Below are positions 20,594 through 31,017 of a stretch of 64,000 nt of DNA, in pieces (positions within the stretch are counted from its first letter, which is position 1; each line of letters starts with the position of its first letter). The position numbers and the translations under genes are program-made. The notes below the pieces were generated by a model. That model was not told the DNA's origin. It saw only the letters and a program-made list of their open reading frames with translations, and ran no database searches. Source of the stretch: Vampirovibrionaceae bacterium NZW_1234. GTDB taxonomy: Bacteria > Cyanobacteriota > Vampirovibrionia > Vampirovibrionales > JAGQHJ01. Location: NCBI GenBank assembly GCA_041697335.1, contig JBGUGD010000031.1, forward strand, positions 1-64,000, given 5' to 3'.

Positions 20594-21888
20594 CAGATGG
20601 CCTCCTTTTGCTTAGTGTTGGCCGTCACGGCGGCCTCAAACAACTGAACGAAGCGATACACCTCGGTGTAGGTGTTGTACAAGGGCGTCGGGGCGATCCG
20701 GATGCAATCGGGCTCACGCCAGTCGCACACCACGCCTTGGGCCATCAGGGCTTCAAACACCTGTCGGCCACCTTCTTCCAGGGTCAACGACAACTGGCAG
20801 CCCCGCTCCTCGGGGTTGGACGGTGTCAGAATACGCAGGCCCGGAATGGTCGCCTGGTGAAGCAGGTATTCCAGGTAGCCCGTGAGGGACTTGCTTTTCT
20901 CCCGAAGGCGAGGCATTCCGGCGTCCTGGAAAATGGCCAGCGACACCCGGCTGGCGGCAAAAGATAGAATCGGCGGATTGGACAACTGCCAGCCCTCGGC
21001 ACCGGTCATGGGGTGAAACTCAGGGCCCATCTTAAAGCGCGTGGCTTTGTCATGGCCCCACCATCCGGCGAATCTTGGCCGGTCAAAGGCCTGGGCATGG
21101 CGCTCGTGAACGAAGCACCCAGCAACAGCACCCGGGCCGGAGTTGAGGTACTTGTAACTGCACCAGCAGGCAAAGTCCACGTCCCAGTCATGAAGGCTCA
21201 ACATCACGTTCCCGGCGGCATGGGCCAGATCGAAGCCGACGATGCAGCCTTTCTCGTGACCTACTCGGGTGATACGAGCCATATCGAAGACCTGGCCGGT
21301 GTAGTAATGAACGCCCCCCATCAGGATCAAGGCAATGCTGTCACCCTCTTCCCGGATGCGGGCCTCGATGTCCTCGGTGCGCAGGGTCACCTCCCCGGGT
21401 CGAGGCTCCAGAATGACCAGGGCCGTTTCCGGATCGTAGCCTTGGAAGCGCAACTGGGATTCCACGGCATAGCGGTCCGACGGGAAACCCAGGGGCTCAA
21501 TCAGAATCTTGTAGCGCTGGGGGGTGGGACGGTAGAAGGACACCATCATCAGGTGCAGGTTCACCGTCAGGCCGTTCATCATCACCACTTCCGAGGGCTT
21601 GGCTCCCACCAGGTCGGCGGCCATCTGGGTCAGAAACTCGTGATAGGGCATCCACGGGTGCTTGGCCTGAAGGTGGCCTTCGACACCCAGGGTTCGCCAG
21701 TCCTCCAGCTCCTGCAATACAGCGGCTTCCACCCCTTTGGGCTGAAGGCCCAGGGAGTTGCCACACAGGTAAATGCAGTCCTCGCCCGCAGAAGTCTTGG
21801 GGATACAGAACTGGTCCCGGTAGGTTGCCAGGGGATCGGCGGCATCCATCTCTTGTGCAAAGGTCAGGGTGTTTTGATAGGTCGTCAT
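20593..21888 (-). CDS. kynU: Kynureninase
   Basis: YLCGNSLGLQP, MNGLTVNLHL, FDLAHAAGN, WCSYKYLNSGPG, GWWGH, SNPP, DWREP. Confidence 0.95.
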   Translation of the reverse strand: MTTYQNTLTFAQEMDAADPLATYRDQFCIPKTSAGEDCIYLCGNSLGLQPKGVEAAVLQELEDWRTLGVEGHLQAKHPWMPYHEFLTQMAADLVGAKPSEVVMMNGLTVNLHLMMVSFYRPTPQRYKILIEPLGFPSDRYAVESQLRFQGYDPETALVILEPRPGEVTLRTEDIEARIREEGDSIALILMGGVHYYTGQVFDMARITRVGHEKGCIVGFDLAHAAGNVMLSLHDWDVDFACWCSYKYLNSGPGAVAGCFVHERHAQAFDRPRFAGWWGHDKATRFKMGPEFHPMTGAEGWQLSNPPILSFAASRVSLAIFQDAGMPRLREKSKSLTGYLEYLLHQATIPGLRILTPSNPEERGCQLSLTLEEGGRQVFEALMAQGVVCDWREPDCIRIAPTPLYNTYTEVYRFVQLFEAAVTANTKQKEAI

Positions 21889-22703
21889 AGGCTTGCCTTG
21901 TCTGATACAGGGTACAAAACGGGGCGGCTGGGAGCCGCATCGGCCACAAAGGCGGCCACTTGAAGATTCAGGATGTAGGGCCCGTCAGAGACAGCATCGG
22001 GCACATAGATCAATTCCGTGATGGTTTTAGCCGAAGGCCGCTCGACATGGGTCTGCCCCATGGGCACTTGCCAGAACAGGCGATGGTTTGAGAGCATGCC
22101 GTCATCGTCTACCCGATCCACCGAGGGCAGATCCACCAGCAAATGCTGGACCTGGCAATCCAACAGGACCTGAACGGCATGGTGCGTGAAGAAGGGGGGC
22201 ACGGAGTCCCCGTAATGGCGATGGGCTTTTTCGGCCCCATTGGGAAGGGTGCGGATCACCAGGGCTGTGAGGAAGGCCGGGTTGGCTTTTTCCAGCGCAG
22301 CCAATAGGGCCTTGGCGGTCAGCACCGGGTCATCGGTGCGTAATGACGGGGTATAGCTTTCATCGGGAACATCCCCGGCCGGGGTGGGCTGGAGGGTGAT
22401 GAGCGTGGCCGGGACCAGTGCGCCGGTGGTCAGGGTGTGAATGGACAGACGCTCGCCGGTGAGATGGCCCACGCCTTCGGTGTGGGTGCCATGCAGATGG
22501 GGGCTGAAGTGGTAGACGTCACAGTTGCAGCTGCCGCCCTCGCGCACGCTGCCGATAAAGCCGCCGGTCTGGTAGGGTGATGCCGTGGCCGGACCGGTGC
22601 CGAAGGCTGACACCTGGGGGCCATCAAAGCCCACGGGAATGGCAATGTCAACCGGGCGGGACAGATCGGCCACCATGGGGCCTACGGACAATGTCAGGGT
22701 CAT
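21885..22703 (-). CDS. Cyclase family protein, probable kynurenine formamidase
   Basis: HLHGTHTE, HLLVDLPSVDR, TITELIYVP, DAAPSRPVLY; translationally coupled within the operon. Confidence 0.8.
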   Translation of the reverse strand: MTLTLSVGPMVADLSRPVDIAIPVGFDGPQVSAFGTGPATASPYQTGGFIGSVREGGSCNCDVYHFSPHLHGTHTEGVGHLTGERLSIHTLTTGALVPATLITLQPTPAGDVPDESYTPSLRTDDPVLTAKALLAALEKANPAFLTALVIRTLPNGAEKAHRHYGDSVPPFFTHHAVQVLLDCQVQHLLVDLPSVDRVDDDGMLSNHRLFWQVPMGQTHVERPSAKTITELIYVPDAVSDGPYILNLQVAAFVADAAPSRPVLYPVSDKASL

Positions 22704-23824
22704 GGCGTTTCCCCCAGCCAGGCTTTGGCGGTCCCGGAGAGAATGCGGACCCGTTGGGGCTCGGTGAGCGCCGTGAGGAATTCCACCGAGTGGCCCGGGT
22801 AAATGCCCTTGGGTTGAGGGTACGGGCAACTGTTGCCCAGCGGATCAAGCAGAGTTACCGGGTCGAAGGTATCCAGCTCGCCCAGGGGGTAGGGATAATC
22901 GGAGCCCATGGCAATGCGGTCCACCCCCAGCTGGTGCACCAGCATCTCCAGCACCACGGCATCATGGACCAGGGTGTCCACGTAGACGCCGCACTGTCGA
23001 ATGGTTTGGGAGGCGGTCAGGGACGAGGTGCCCGGGAAAAGATCGGGGCGACAGTAGGCCCCATGATCCAGGCGGCCCAACAGCGTGGGAAAGGCGCCGC
23101 CGCCGTGGGCGTACATCACCCGCAAGTGAGGCAGGCGCTCGTGAACCCGGCCAAAGTGCATGGCGTCAAAGGCCAGCGTCGTTTCCATGGCCATGCCAAT
23201 CAACCAGGGCCGCCAATGCCGGTTGGCGTTCATTCGTTGCTTCAGGCGCGGCTCGGTGGGCGTCATAAAGCCGCCCCAGGGATGGACAAAGACGGCCATG
23301 CCCAGATCAGCCAGCGCCTCGAAGACCGGGAAGAACGTGGGGTTATCGAGATCCTGGCCGTTGATGTTCGAGTTGATTTCGACGCCTCGCATGCCATGGG
23401 TTTTCGAAATGCGCTCCAGCTCGGCAATGGCCTCGTCCGGGTGGTGCATGGGGATGGCCCCCAGGGCCCGGAAGCGATGTGAAAACTCGGCCACCAGCGC
23501 TGCGTTGGCATCGTTGAGAATGCGGCAGATGTCCCGGGCATCCTGCGGGTTGTCCACATAGTCGGGAATCATCATGGGCGTGGGGGAGAGAACCTGCACG
23601 GTGACATGATGGCGGTCACAGTCTTCCAGGCGGGCATGGGCCTGGTAGGCATTGGCCTCAATCTGGCGCTGGACCTCGCCCCGGCTGTTGACCATGACGG
23701 CACAGCAGGGATTGGTCTCGTGGGTACGGACCCGCACAAAGTCCGGGTATTGGGTAAAGCGGCTCAACGCCTCGTAGGTATCAGGCGAGGGCGTGGTATG
23801 GGTATGGACATCCCACTTTTCCAT
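22700..23824 (-). CDS. Aminocarboxymuconate-semialdehyde decarboxylase (ACMSD, amidohydrolase family)
   Basis: DVHTH, VQVLSPTP, FVHPW, WLIGM..ET, AHGGG.FP, GSDYPYPLGE. Confidence 0.88.
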   Translation of the reverse strand: MEKWDVHTHTTPSPDTYEALSRFTQYPDFVRVRTHETNPCCAVMVNSRGEVQRQIEANAYQAHARLEDCDRHHVTVQVLSPTPMMIPDYVDNPQDARDICRILNDANAALVAEFSHRFRALGAIPMHHPDEAIAELERISKTHGMRGVEINSNINGQDLDNPTFFPVFEALADLGMAVFVHPWGGFMTPTEPRLKQRMNANRHWRPWLIGMAMETTLAFDAMHFGRVHERLPHLRVMYAHGGGAFPTLLGRLDHGAYCRPDLFPGTSSLTASQTIRQCGVYVDTLVHDAVVLEMLVHQLGVDRIAMGSDYPYPLGELDTFDPVTLLDPLGNSCPYPQPKGIYPGHSVEFLTALTEPQRVRILSGTAKAWLGETP

Positions 23825-23854
23825 CAGATACACCTCCCCATCACCGCATCTCCA

Positions 23855-24382
23855 TTAGCGGGCCTGGAGCCTGGCTTCGGGCAAGGGCATCACCGTACCG
23901 CATTGGGAGCAGGTGCGGGCGGCCTCGTTTTGCCAGAAGCGGTCGAACAAGGGCGGCAGGTCGGTGACAATATTCTTCAAGGGCAGATACTCTTCATAGA
24001 GCTTGCTATGGCAGACATCGCAGTACCAGAGAAAGCCGTCCAACTCGTCGGGTGTGCGCTTGCGTTCAATCACCAGGCCCACGGTGTTGGCAAACCGCTG
24101 GGGAGAATGATGCACGTGGCCCGGCAACAGGAAGATCTCCCCCTCTTGAATGCGGATGTCCCGGGGGCGGCCGTTTTCCATGATGCGAAGGACCATGTCC
24201 CCTTCGATTTGATAGAAGAACTCTTCACCCGGGTCGTCATGATAGTCCTTGCGGGTGTTGGGGCCCCCGACGGCCATAATGATAAAGTCGCCGTCCTCGT
24301 AAAGCAGCTTGTTGCCCACCGGCGGCTTGAGGTCTTCCCGGTGATCCTCTATCCATTGCTTGAAATTCATCGGCAGACGCAT
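23855..24382 (-). CDS. nbaC: 3-hydroxyanthranilate 3,4-dioxygenase
   Basis: [29 protein letters not shown], CxxC...CxxC; AAGGAG RBS before ATG 24382 (the ORF-track extension to 24730 is spurious). Confidence 0.93.
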   Translation of the reverse strand: MRLPMNFKQWIEDHREDLKPPVGNKLLYEDGDFIIMAVGGPNTRKDYHDDPGEEFFYQIEGDMVLRIMENGRPRDIRIQEGEIFLLPGHVHHSPQRFANTVGLVIERKRTPDELDGFLWYCDVCHSKLYEEYLPLKNIVTDLPPLFDRFWQNEAARTCSQCGTVMPLPEARLQAR

Positions 24383-24503
24383 AGGGACTCCTTCATCCTG
24401 GGGTCTACCACCCCTCCTGACGTCCATGACGCTCTCTCGGATACACGGTGATTTTACACCAACCCTGGCCGCAAATGAAGCCGTTTTCCAGACGCCCTTG
24501 GCC

Positions 24504-24605
24504 CGCGTGAAACACGCGTGAATCGCGCGTGATTTTCGCGTGAATGGCCCAAAACACGCGTCATTCACGCGTAAAACACGCGTGATTTTCGCGTGTTTTA
24601 CGCGT
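24504..24605. repeat. Phased array of nine CGCGT cores with 11-bp period
   Basis: CGCGT starts at 24504, 24515, 24526, 24537, 24557, 24568, 24579, 24590, 24601. Confidence 0.85.
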
Positions 24606-24983
24606 GATTTTTCGGCGGAGGCGCCCCCCGGCAGCCGGGGCAGCCCGAGGCGCCACACCCGACAAGAAGCTGAATTGGCAAGTGTTTTGGCTGTTTTTTG
24701 ATCGGCATTATTGGACCTTTTGTGACGCATGAGAACCTCGGGAGAGCGTGATTTTTTTATTTTTTAGGATTTTTACGCGGTTTTACGCGTTTTTCCGCTT
24801 TTGGGTTTGCCAGGATTCAATTATATATTTATTATATACTACAATTCGACGCAAAACGCTTCTCTTAAGGTTATTTTAAGATTCTCAGTCCTGCTTTAAG
24901 TCTCACTGCCAGATCTTCCAGGATAGCAGATGCAGTTTTTGTTATATTGACAGCAACATGAAGCAAATCGACCGCGAGTTTTG

Positions 24984-27164
24984 CTAGGCGATGGGGAGTT
25001 CGCCGAATTTTGGGCTCCACCAGCGGCCTTTGGATTGGAAGAAGGCCACGTCTTTGTGCTTCTTGTCCGTGCGGGCCTTGGGATCCGAGCAGCGTAGCAA
25101 CGACTTCTTCTGGCCGTCTTTGACGTAATGGAAGGTTTCCAGCGGCGTCTTCTTGCAAACCGGGCAGGTGTAGGCGGTCAGCTCCGGCGCAGGCGGCGGG
25201 GTGCCCTCGGCCGTCAACGCCTTAGGCTTGGGACGCTCCCAACACTTCTCCCGATCGGACCAGAACATCACCAAATCCGGGCAGGTGCCGACACATTTGA
25301 GGAAATAGCCTTTTTTGACCTTTTTGGTCGTCACCTTGCCCATGGGCGTGTTGCACTCGGGGCAGCGGGTACGGCTGGGCTCCAGGGGCTTGGAATAGGT
25401 CCGCTGCATGGGAGGGCGGGTGGCGTATTGCTTGGACAGATGCTGGGACGCCTGCTCGAGGGCGGGGCGCAAATACCCGCGGTTCCAGCCCAGCAGATAG
25501 GGCTCCCATTGATTTTTGCCCTCGGCAATGGCATCGAGGGCCGATTCCATTTCGGCAGTGAACTGCGTGGCCACCAGATCCGGCAGCACCGTGGACAGCA
25601 CCTCGTCGGTCTGCATGCCCAGGTTGGTGGGATGAAGGACCTTGCCCTTCAAGACCAGATACTCCCGGGTCTTCAGGGTTTTTAGCGTGGACGCATAGGT
25701 CGAAGGGCGACCGATGCCTTTGCGTTCCATCAGCTGGACCAGCTTGGGTTCCGTGTAGCGGGAGGGGGGCTGGGTCTGCTTCTTCTCATGGGCAGCCTCA
25801 TGCACCGTCAACGCCTGGCCTTGGGTCAGCATGGGGAGCGAGGATTCTTTTTCCAGATTGTTCCAGTAGGTGGTATAGCCTGCAAAGGAGACCATCATGC
25901 TGCGGGCCTCCCAGGTGACCGGGCCGGACTGGGTGATAATGCGGCTCTTAATCAGCTTGGCCGGGGCGGCCTGCGAGGCCAGGGCCCGACGCCAGATGAG
26001 TTCATAAAGCTGGTATTGCTCGGCATTGAGATGGGCCTTGATGGCCGACGGAGTCAGGGTAATGTCTGTGGGGCGGATGGCTTCGTGGGCCGCCTGGGCC
26101 GAGTCCTTGCTGCGATGTTTGGGCGGCTTTTCCGGCAGGTTCTTGGGGTCATGGGCCGCCAGATAGTCCCGGGCCTGGGCCATAAACTCCGGCGACAGCG
26201 TAATGTCATCGGTCCGCATATAGGTAATCAGGCCCTTGGGACCCGACGGCAACTCCACCCCTTCGTACAAGGACTGGGCAATGGCCATGGTCTTTTCCGG
26301 ATTGAAGCCCAGAATCGCCCCGGCGCTTTGTTGCAGGGAGCTGGTGATAAAGGGCGGCGGCGGCGCCTTGGTGGTAGTTTTGCCTTCGGTGTTGACGACA
26401 TGATGCGGGTGGGCCTTGGCCAGGGCGACCAGATTATCGGCTTCGGCCTGGGATAACACCCGGGAGGATTCCGGGGCTTTGTCCTCGTCTTTCTTGTTGG
26501 CGTCGTCCTCTTCCTCGGGCGCAGCGTCGGTCTGCTGACTGGCGCTGTAAAAAGCCTTCAACCCCTCGGCATACTCCACCCAGACCGACCAGTAATCCAC
26601 CGGCTGAAACGCCTGAATCTCCCGCTCGCGCTGGCAGACCAGATGCAGGGTCGCACTCTGGACCCGTCCGGCACTTTTGCCCCCCGTGGAACTCCACAGA
26701 AGCGGCGATACTTTATAGCCCACCAGCTTGTCCAGACACTGGCGGCAGCGCTGGGCATTGATGAGATCCGTGTCCAGGGTGCGTGGTGCCATCAGCGCCT
26801 GGCGAACCGCCTGTTCGGTAATCTGGGTATACACAATGCGCTTGGGCTGGGACAACTTCAACTGCTCGGCAATGTGCCAGGCAATGGCCTCGCCCTCGCG
26901 ATCCGGGTCGGTCGCGAGATAGACTTCCGAGGCACTCTTGGCCGCCGCACGGAGTTTCTGGATGACCTCCTTGCCCCGATCGCCACGGGGAACATAGCGG
27001 CAGGTAATCGACGACTCGTTCAGATCAAAGCCCAGCGAATCCTCGCCATCATGCGCCAACTCCGTAATATGGCCCACGCTGGGTTGCACGTCCCAGCCGC
27101 TGCCCAAGATCTTGCGCAGCGTTTTCAGTTTCCCAGGGCTTTCGACAATCAGGAGTTTTCGCAT
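24984..27164 (-). CDS. topA: Type IA DNA topoisomerase
   Basis: LLIVESPGK, ATDPDREGEAIAW, SAGRVQS, AQSLYE, ITYMRTD (catalytic Tyr), AHEAIRPT, GIGRPSTY, C-terminal Cys ribbons. Confidence 0.93.
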   Translation of the reverse strand: MRKLLIVESPGKLKTLRKILGSGWDVQPSVGHITELAHDGEDSLGFDLNESSITCRYVPRGDRGKEVIQKLRAAAKSASEVYLATDPDREGEAIAWHIAEQLKLSQPKRIVYTQITEQAVRQALMAPRTLDTDLINAQRCRQCLDKLVGYKVSPLLWSSTGGKSAGRVQSATLHLVCQREREIQAFQPVDYWSVWVEYAEGLKAFYSASQQTDAAPEEEDDANKKDEDKAPESSRVLSQAEADNLVALAKAHPHHVVNTEGKTTTKAPPPPFITSSLQQSAGAILGFNPEKTMAIAQSLYEGVELPSGPKGLITYMRTDDITLSPEFMAQARDYLAAHDPKNLPEKPPKHRSKDSAQAAHEAIRPTDITLTPSAIKAHLNAEQYQLYELIWRRALASQAAPAKLIKSRIITQSGPVTWEARSMMVSFAGYTTYWNNLEKESSLPMLTQGQALTVHEAAHEKKQTQPPSRYTEPKLVQLMERKGIGRPSTYASTLKTLKTREYLVLKGKVLHPTNLGMQTDEVLSTVLPDLVATQFTAEMESALDAIAEGKNQWEPYLLGWNRGYLRPALEQASQHLSKQYATRPPMQRTYSKPLEPSRTRCPECNTPMGKVTTKKVKKGYFLKCVGTCPDLVMFWSDREKCWERPKPKALTAEGTPPPAPELTAYTCPVCKKTPLETFHYVKDGQKKSLLRCSDPKARTDKKHKDVAFFQSKGRWWSPKFGELPIA

Positions 27165-27282
27165 TCCGTCCTCTCTCAATGCACCGTCAATGCACCGTGC
27201 CAGTCTGATCTAAGATAACACACGTTCCATCAAACGTCCCGTACTGGGGCTTCCAGTAGAACATTTGCCCTGCCAAAGCAGG

Positions 27283-27957
27283 CTAGACGGAGCAATGCTG
27301 CCCGAAGGACATCTCCGGCACGTGATCCGGGATGATCAGATCGGCTTCGGTCAGGGCCTTAATCTCATCCACCGTGACGCCCGGGGCGCGTTCCAACAGA
27401 TGAAACACCCCGTCTCGCAGTTCCAGGACCGCCAGGTCGGTGACGACTTTCTTGACACAATGAACCCCGGTCAAGGGCAGCGTGCATTCTTTCAGGATCT
27501 TGGATTCGCCAGCCTTGTTGGCATGAGCCATGGCCACGATGATGTTCTCGGCCCCGGCCACCAGGTCCATAGCCCCGCCCATGCCCTTGATCAGCTTGCC
27601 CGGAATCATCCAGGAGGCGATATTGCCTTTTTGATCGACTTCAAAGGCCCCCAGGACGGTTAAATCCACATGGCCGCCCCGAATCATGGCAAAGCTCTCG
27701 GCGGAGGAAAAGAACGAGGCGCCAGTCACGTAGGTGACGGTCTGTTTTCCGGCATTGATCAGATCCGGGTCAATGGTATTTTCCGTGGGGAACTCGCCCA
27801 TGCCGAGCAGCCCGTTCTCCGACTGGAGCATTACCGACATGCCCTCCGGGACATAGTTGGCAACCAGCGTGGGAATCCCGATTCCCAGGTTGACGTAATA
27901 GCCATCACGCAATTCCTGTGCGATGCGTTGTGCAATTTGATCTCGACTTAATGCCAT
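27283..27957 (-). CDS. scoB: 3-oxoacid CoA-transferase subunit B
   Basis: VNLGIGIPT, LQSENG, GMGGAMDLV, CTLPLTG. Confidence 0.92.
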   Translation of the reverse strand: MALSRDQIAQRIAQELRDGYYVNLGIGIPTLVANYVPEGMSVMLQSENGLLGMGEFPTENTIDPDLINAGKQTVTYVTGASFFSSAESFAMIRGGHVDLTVLGAFEVDQKGNIASWMIPGKLIKGMGGAMDLVAGAENIIVAMAHANKAGESKILKECTLPLTGVHCVKKVVTDLAVLELRDGVFHLLERAPGVTVDEIKALTEADLIIPDHVPEMSFGQHCSV

Positions 27958-28003
27958 ACATCCGGCCTCTTGCTTCTGGGTAAACCTCTACGATGACGTT
28001 AAT

Positions 28004-28714
28004 CTAGCGCACGGCGGCTGTTTTGACGGTGCGCTGCTCGATGCGTTTTTCAAAGACCCCTTGAATCACCCGATCGACATAAATGCCCGGCGTGTGAATA
28101 AAGTCGGGGTCAAGTTCACCGGGCTCGACGATCTCCTCCACCTCGGCCACCGTGATTTTCCCGGCGGTCGCAATCATGGGGTTGAAATTCATGGCCGTGT
28201 GGCGGTATATCAGGTTGCCCATGGTGTCGGCCTTCCAGGCCTTGACCAGGGAGAAATCGGCTTTCAGGGATTCTTCCAGGACATAAGGGCGACCGTTAAA
28301 GACCTTGGTCTCCTTGCCTTCGGCAATGGGTGTGCCGTAGCCGGTGGCGGTGTAAAAGGCGGGAATTCCGGCGCCACCGGCCCGGATTTTTTCCGCCAGC
28401 GTGCCCTGGGGCGTCAGGATGACTTCCATCTCGCCGGTGAGAAACAGTTGCTCGAACAAGGCGTTTTCGCCCACGTAGGAGGCGATCATGGTCTTGATCT
28501 GCTTTTTCTGCAGGAGGAGCCCCAGGCCAAAATCATCCACCCCGGCATTGTTGGAGATACAGGTCAGCCCGGAGACACCCATATCCACCATGCGCCTAAT
28601 CAGGCCTTCGGGAATCCCGCACAGGCCAAAGCCACCCACCATCACCGTCATGCCATCGGTCAACCCCTGAAGGGCATCTTCATACGAGGTCACTACCTTG
28701 TTAAATCCGGCCAT
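28004..28714 (-). CDS. scoA: 3-oxoacid CoA-transferase subunit A
   Basis: [40 protein letters not shown]. Confidence 0.92.
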   Translation of the reverse strand: MAGFNKVVTSYEDALQGLTDGMTVMVGGFGLCGIPEGLIRRMVDMGVSGLTCISNNAGVDDFGLGLLLQKKQIKTMIASYVGENALFEQLFLTGEMEVILTPQGTLAEKIRAGGAGIPAFYTATGYGTPIAEGKETKVFNGRPYVLEESLKADFSLVKAWKADTMGNLIYRHTAMNFNPMIATAGKITVAEVEEIVEPGELDPDFIHTPGIYVDRVIQGVFEKRIEQRTVKTAAVR

Positions 28715-28941
28715 GTCCAGCTCCTTTTACCAACATATATACCCTCGACAGAATCAACGGTCCCGCGTCCACGGGTACGTTCATCCTACCCTGTCACAAA
28801 TAAGACACAAGATCTTTGTTGATAGTCAAGGATCCTCTGTCGGGTGACACGTTTCTTCACATCTGTTTTGTTCCGTATGTGTTTTCGATACACTCGGTCG
28901 CAGCATTCATGTCAAATTACTGTCAACGGGGGGAGCCATTC

Positions 28942-30228
28942 ATGATTTCCATTTCCAATCACACCGCCATGTCCCATCGGCCTCGGACCACGCTGCGGCA
29001 AACACCAGCACCTCGGGTGGCCTCGCGCTTTGGCGCCGACACGACACCGACACCGCCAGCCAGTCCAACACCGCCACCAGCCCTCCCGGATCCGAGAAAG
29101 GAATTCGTCAAAGGCCTGGCCGGGATTATTGCCGGGGTGACCCAGATTGCCGAAGTCGACCCGGTCATTCACAGCCTCATCTACCGGGGCCACGACATCC
29201 AGGAGCTGGTGAACAACAACGCCAGCTTTGAAGAAGTCACCCACCTGCTGCTGAAAGGCAAGCTCCCCAATGCCGCCGAACTGGCCGAAACCGAGGCCAA
29301 GATCCGCAGCCAGCGGGAACTGCCCCCACAAGTGCTGAAAACCATCCGGACCTTCCCGAAAAACAGCGACTACATGGACATCCTGCGTACGACGGTTTCC
29401 ATGCTGGGCCAATTTGACCCGGATGCCGCCAAAAACGACAAAGCCGCCAACGTTGAAAAAGCCATCCGCCTGACCGCCCAGATGCCAACCATCCTGGCCG
29501 CCTCCTACCGCATTCTTAACGGCAAACGTCCTGTTAAGCCGGATCCGAAGCTGAACCAGGCCGAAAATTTCCTCTACATGCTCACGGGAAAAAAACCCGA
29601 TCCCTTTATGGCCAAAGTGTTTAACGCCACCATGTTGGTTTATGCCGAACACGGCTTCAATGCCTCGACCTTCTCCTCCCGGGTCACCGCCTCGACCCAG
29701 TCCGATCTGCACTCGGCCATTACCTCGGCCATTGGCACCCTGAAAGGCCCGCTTCACGGTGGGGCCAACCAGGAAGTCATGAAAACCCTCCTGGAAATCG
29801 GCTCGGAAGACAAAGTCGAAAGCTGGGTGAAACAGGCCCTGGCCGAGAAGAAAATCATTATGGGCTTTGGCCATGCGCTCTATAAAAACGGCGACACCCG
29901 TGCCCCGATTCTGAAGAAGATGGCCCACACCCTGAGCCAGCGCCAGGGCGAGATGAAATGGTACAATATGGCCGAAACCTTCGAAAAAACCATGATGGCC
30001 GAGAAAAAGCTCCAGCCCAACGTGGACTTTCACATGGCCTATATCTATCACCTGATGGGCATTCCCATTGAGCTTTACACGCCACTGTTTGCCGCCGCCC
30101 GCGTCATCGGCTGGTCGGCGCATGCCATGGAGCAGCTGGACCTGGGCAAGAACAGCCTGATTCGCCCGCAATCGTTGTATGCCGGTCCTCGGGGCAATCC
30201 GTTCTTGCCCGTTGAGAAGCGCTCTTAG
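28942..30228 (+). CDS. Citrate/2-methylcitrate synthase with RFG leader
   Basis: KGLAGI, LIYRG, AEHGFNASTF, LKGPLHGGAN, MGFGH, PNVDF; about 50-aa extension ending ...VASRFG plus a Pro/Thr linker. Confidence 0.92.
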   Translation: MISISNHTAMSHRPRTTLRQTPAPRVASRFGADTTPTPPASPTPPPALPDPRKEFVKGLAGIIAGVTQIAEVDPVIHSLIYRGHDIQELVNNNASFEEVTHLLLKGKLPNAAELAETEAKIRSQRELPPQVLKTIRTFPKNSDYMDILRTTVSMLGQFDPDAAKNDKAANVEKAIRLTAQMPTILAASYRILNGKRPVKPDPKLNQAENFLYMLTGKKPDPFMAKVFNATMLVYAEHGFNASTFSSRVTASTQSDLHSAITSAIGTLKGPLHGGANQEVMKTLLEIGSEDKVESWVKQALAEKKIIMGFGHALYKNGDTRAPILKKMAHTLSQRQGEMKWYNMAETFEKTMMAEKKLQPNVDFHMAYIYHLMGIPIELYTPLFAAARVIGWSAHAMEQLDLGKNSLIRPQSLYAGPRGNPFLPVEKRS

Positions 30229-30275
30229 GTTCTGGGTACACTGTTTTATTGATTGACCTGGAGGGTCCTCGTTCT

Positions 30276-30653
30276 ATGCAGATTCGTTTTCAAGGATTTA
30301 CCCGGATTGTTGGGGCTACGGCCGAGGCCGTCAATGAGCGCGTCAGAACCGAGTCCTCACGCCATGCCATCTCTCTGACCAATTCGGCTGGCCCGGTGGG
30401 CGACCGATTCGAGGGTCGGGTTCTTTACGGTAAAGACGCCCGCAACGTCCTTCGATGGTTGAACATTCGCTCTGCAGCCAAGGCCACCAGCGAGGAAGCC
30501 GATAAAGCCGTTGTGGACGGCCTGACCCAAACCTATAAAGGCAACCTTCCCAAAGGGCTTGAGGACCTGGCCAACTTGACCTTTCACTACTGGCGGGTTG
30601 TGGCCCCGAATCGCAAGGTCAGGACCATTGATCTCGACGGGGAAGGAACCTAG
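30276..30653 (+). CDS. Hypothetical protein with RFQG leader (MQIRFQG)
   Basis: GGAGG RBS; 125 aa. Confidence 0.65.
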   Translation: MQIRFQGFTRIVGATAEAVNERVRTESSRHAISLTNSAGPVGDRFEGRVLYGKDARNVLRWLNIRSAAKATSEEADKAVVDGLTQTYKGNLPKGLEDLANLTFHYWRVVAPNRKVRTIDLDGEGT

Positions 30654-30657
30654 GCCG

Positions 30658-31008
30658 ATGCGAATTCACGCGCCTGCAGCACTGCCCCTGAGGACCTCCG
30701 TGCGGTTTGGAAATCAATCGCCACCGGGACTGACCGTCGATGAACAGAAGGACGTCGAAGCCAAGGTGACCGCAGCGCTGACGGGAGCCTCCCTTCAGGC
30801 CAATGTATTGGCCAGAGCTCGAAACGTGACCGTGGTGGCCAAGCAAAAAGTGCTTACTGCCGTAAAAAACCTATTGGAGACGTTGGACGGGTTCACGAAA
30901 GACGCAAACGGGACGTTCAAGTACAAGGGCTACCCGGTACTCATCGCACCAGAGCGGACCTATCAAATCCCAACGACCCGGGTCAAGCCCCGCCGCCGTC
31001 CGTCCTAG
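30658..31008 (+). CDS. Hypothetical protein with RFG leader
   Basis: MRIHAPAALPLRTSVRFG; starts just after the preceding stop; GAAGGA RBS. Confidence 0.65.
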   Translation: MRIHAPAALPLRTSVRFGNQSPPGLTVDEQKDVEAKVTAALTGASLQANVLARARNVTVVAKQKVLTAVKNLLETLDGFTKDANGTFKYKGYPVLIAPERTYQIPTTRVKPRRRPS

Positions 31009-31017
31009 TCCAGGCTT

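Noticed and set aside
24504..24605. CRISPR interpretation of the CGCGT array
   Set aside because: Unit is 11 bp with no 25-40 bp repeats or spacers, and no cas genes are present.
24383..24730. 116-aa N-terminal extension of the dioxygenase in the ORF track
   Set aside because: It runs through the CGCGT array; a good RBS and the family start lie at 24382.
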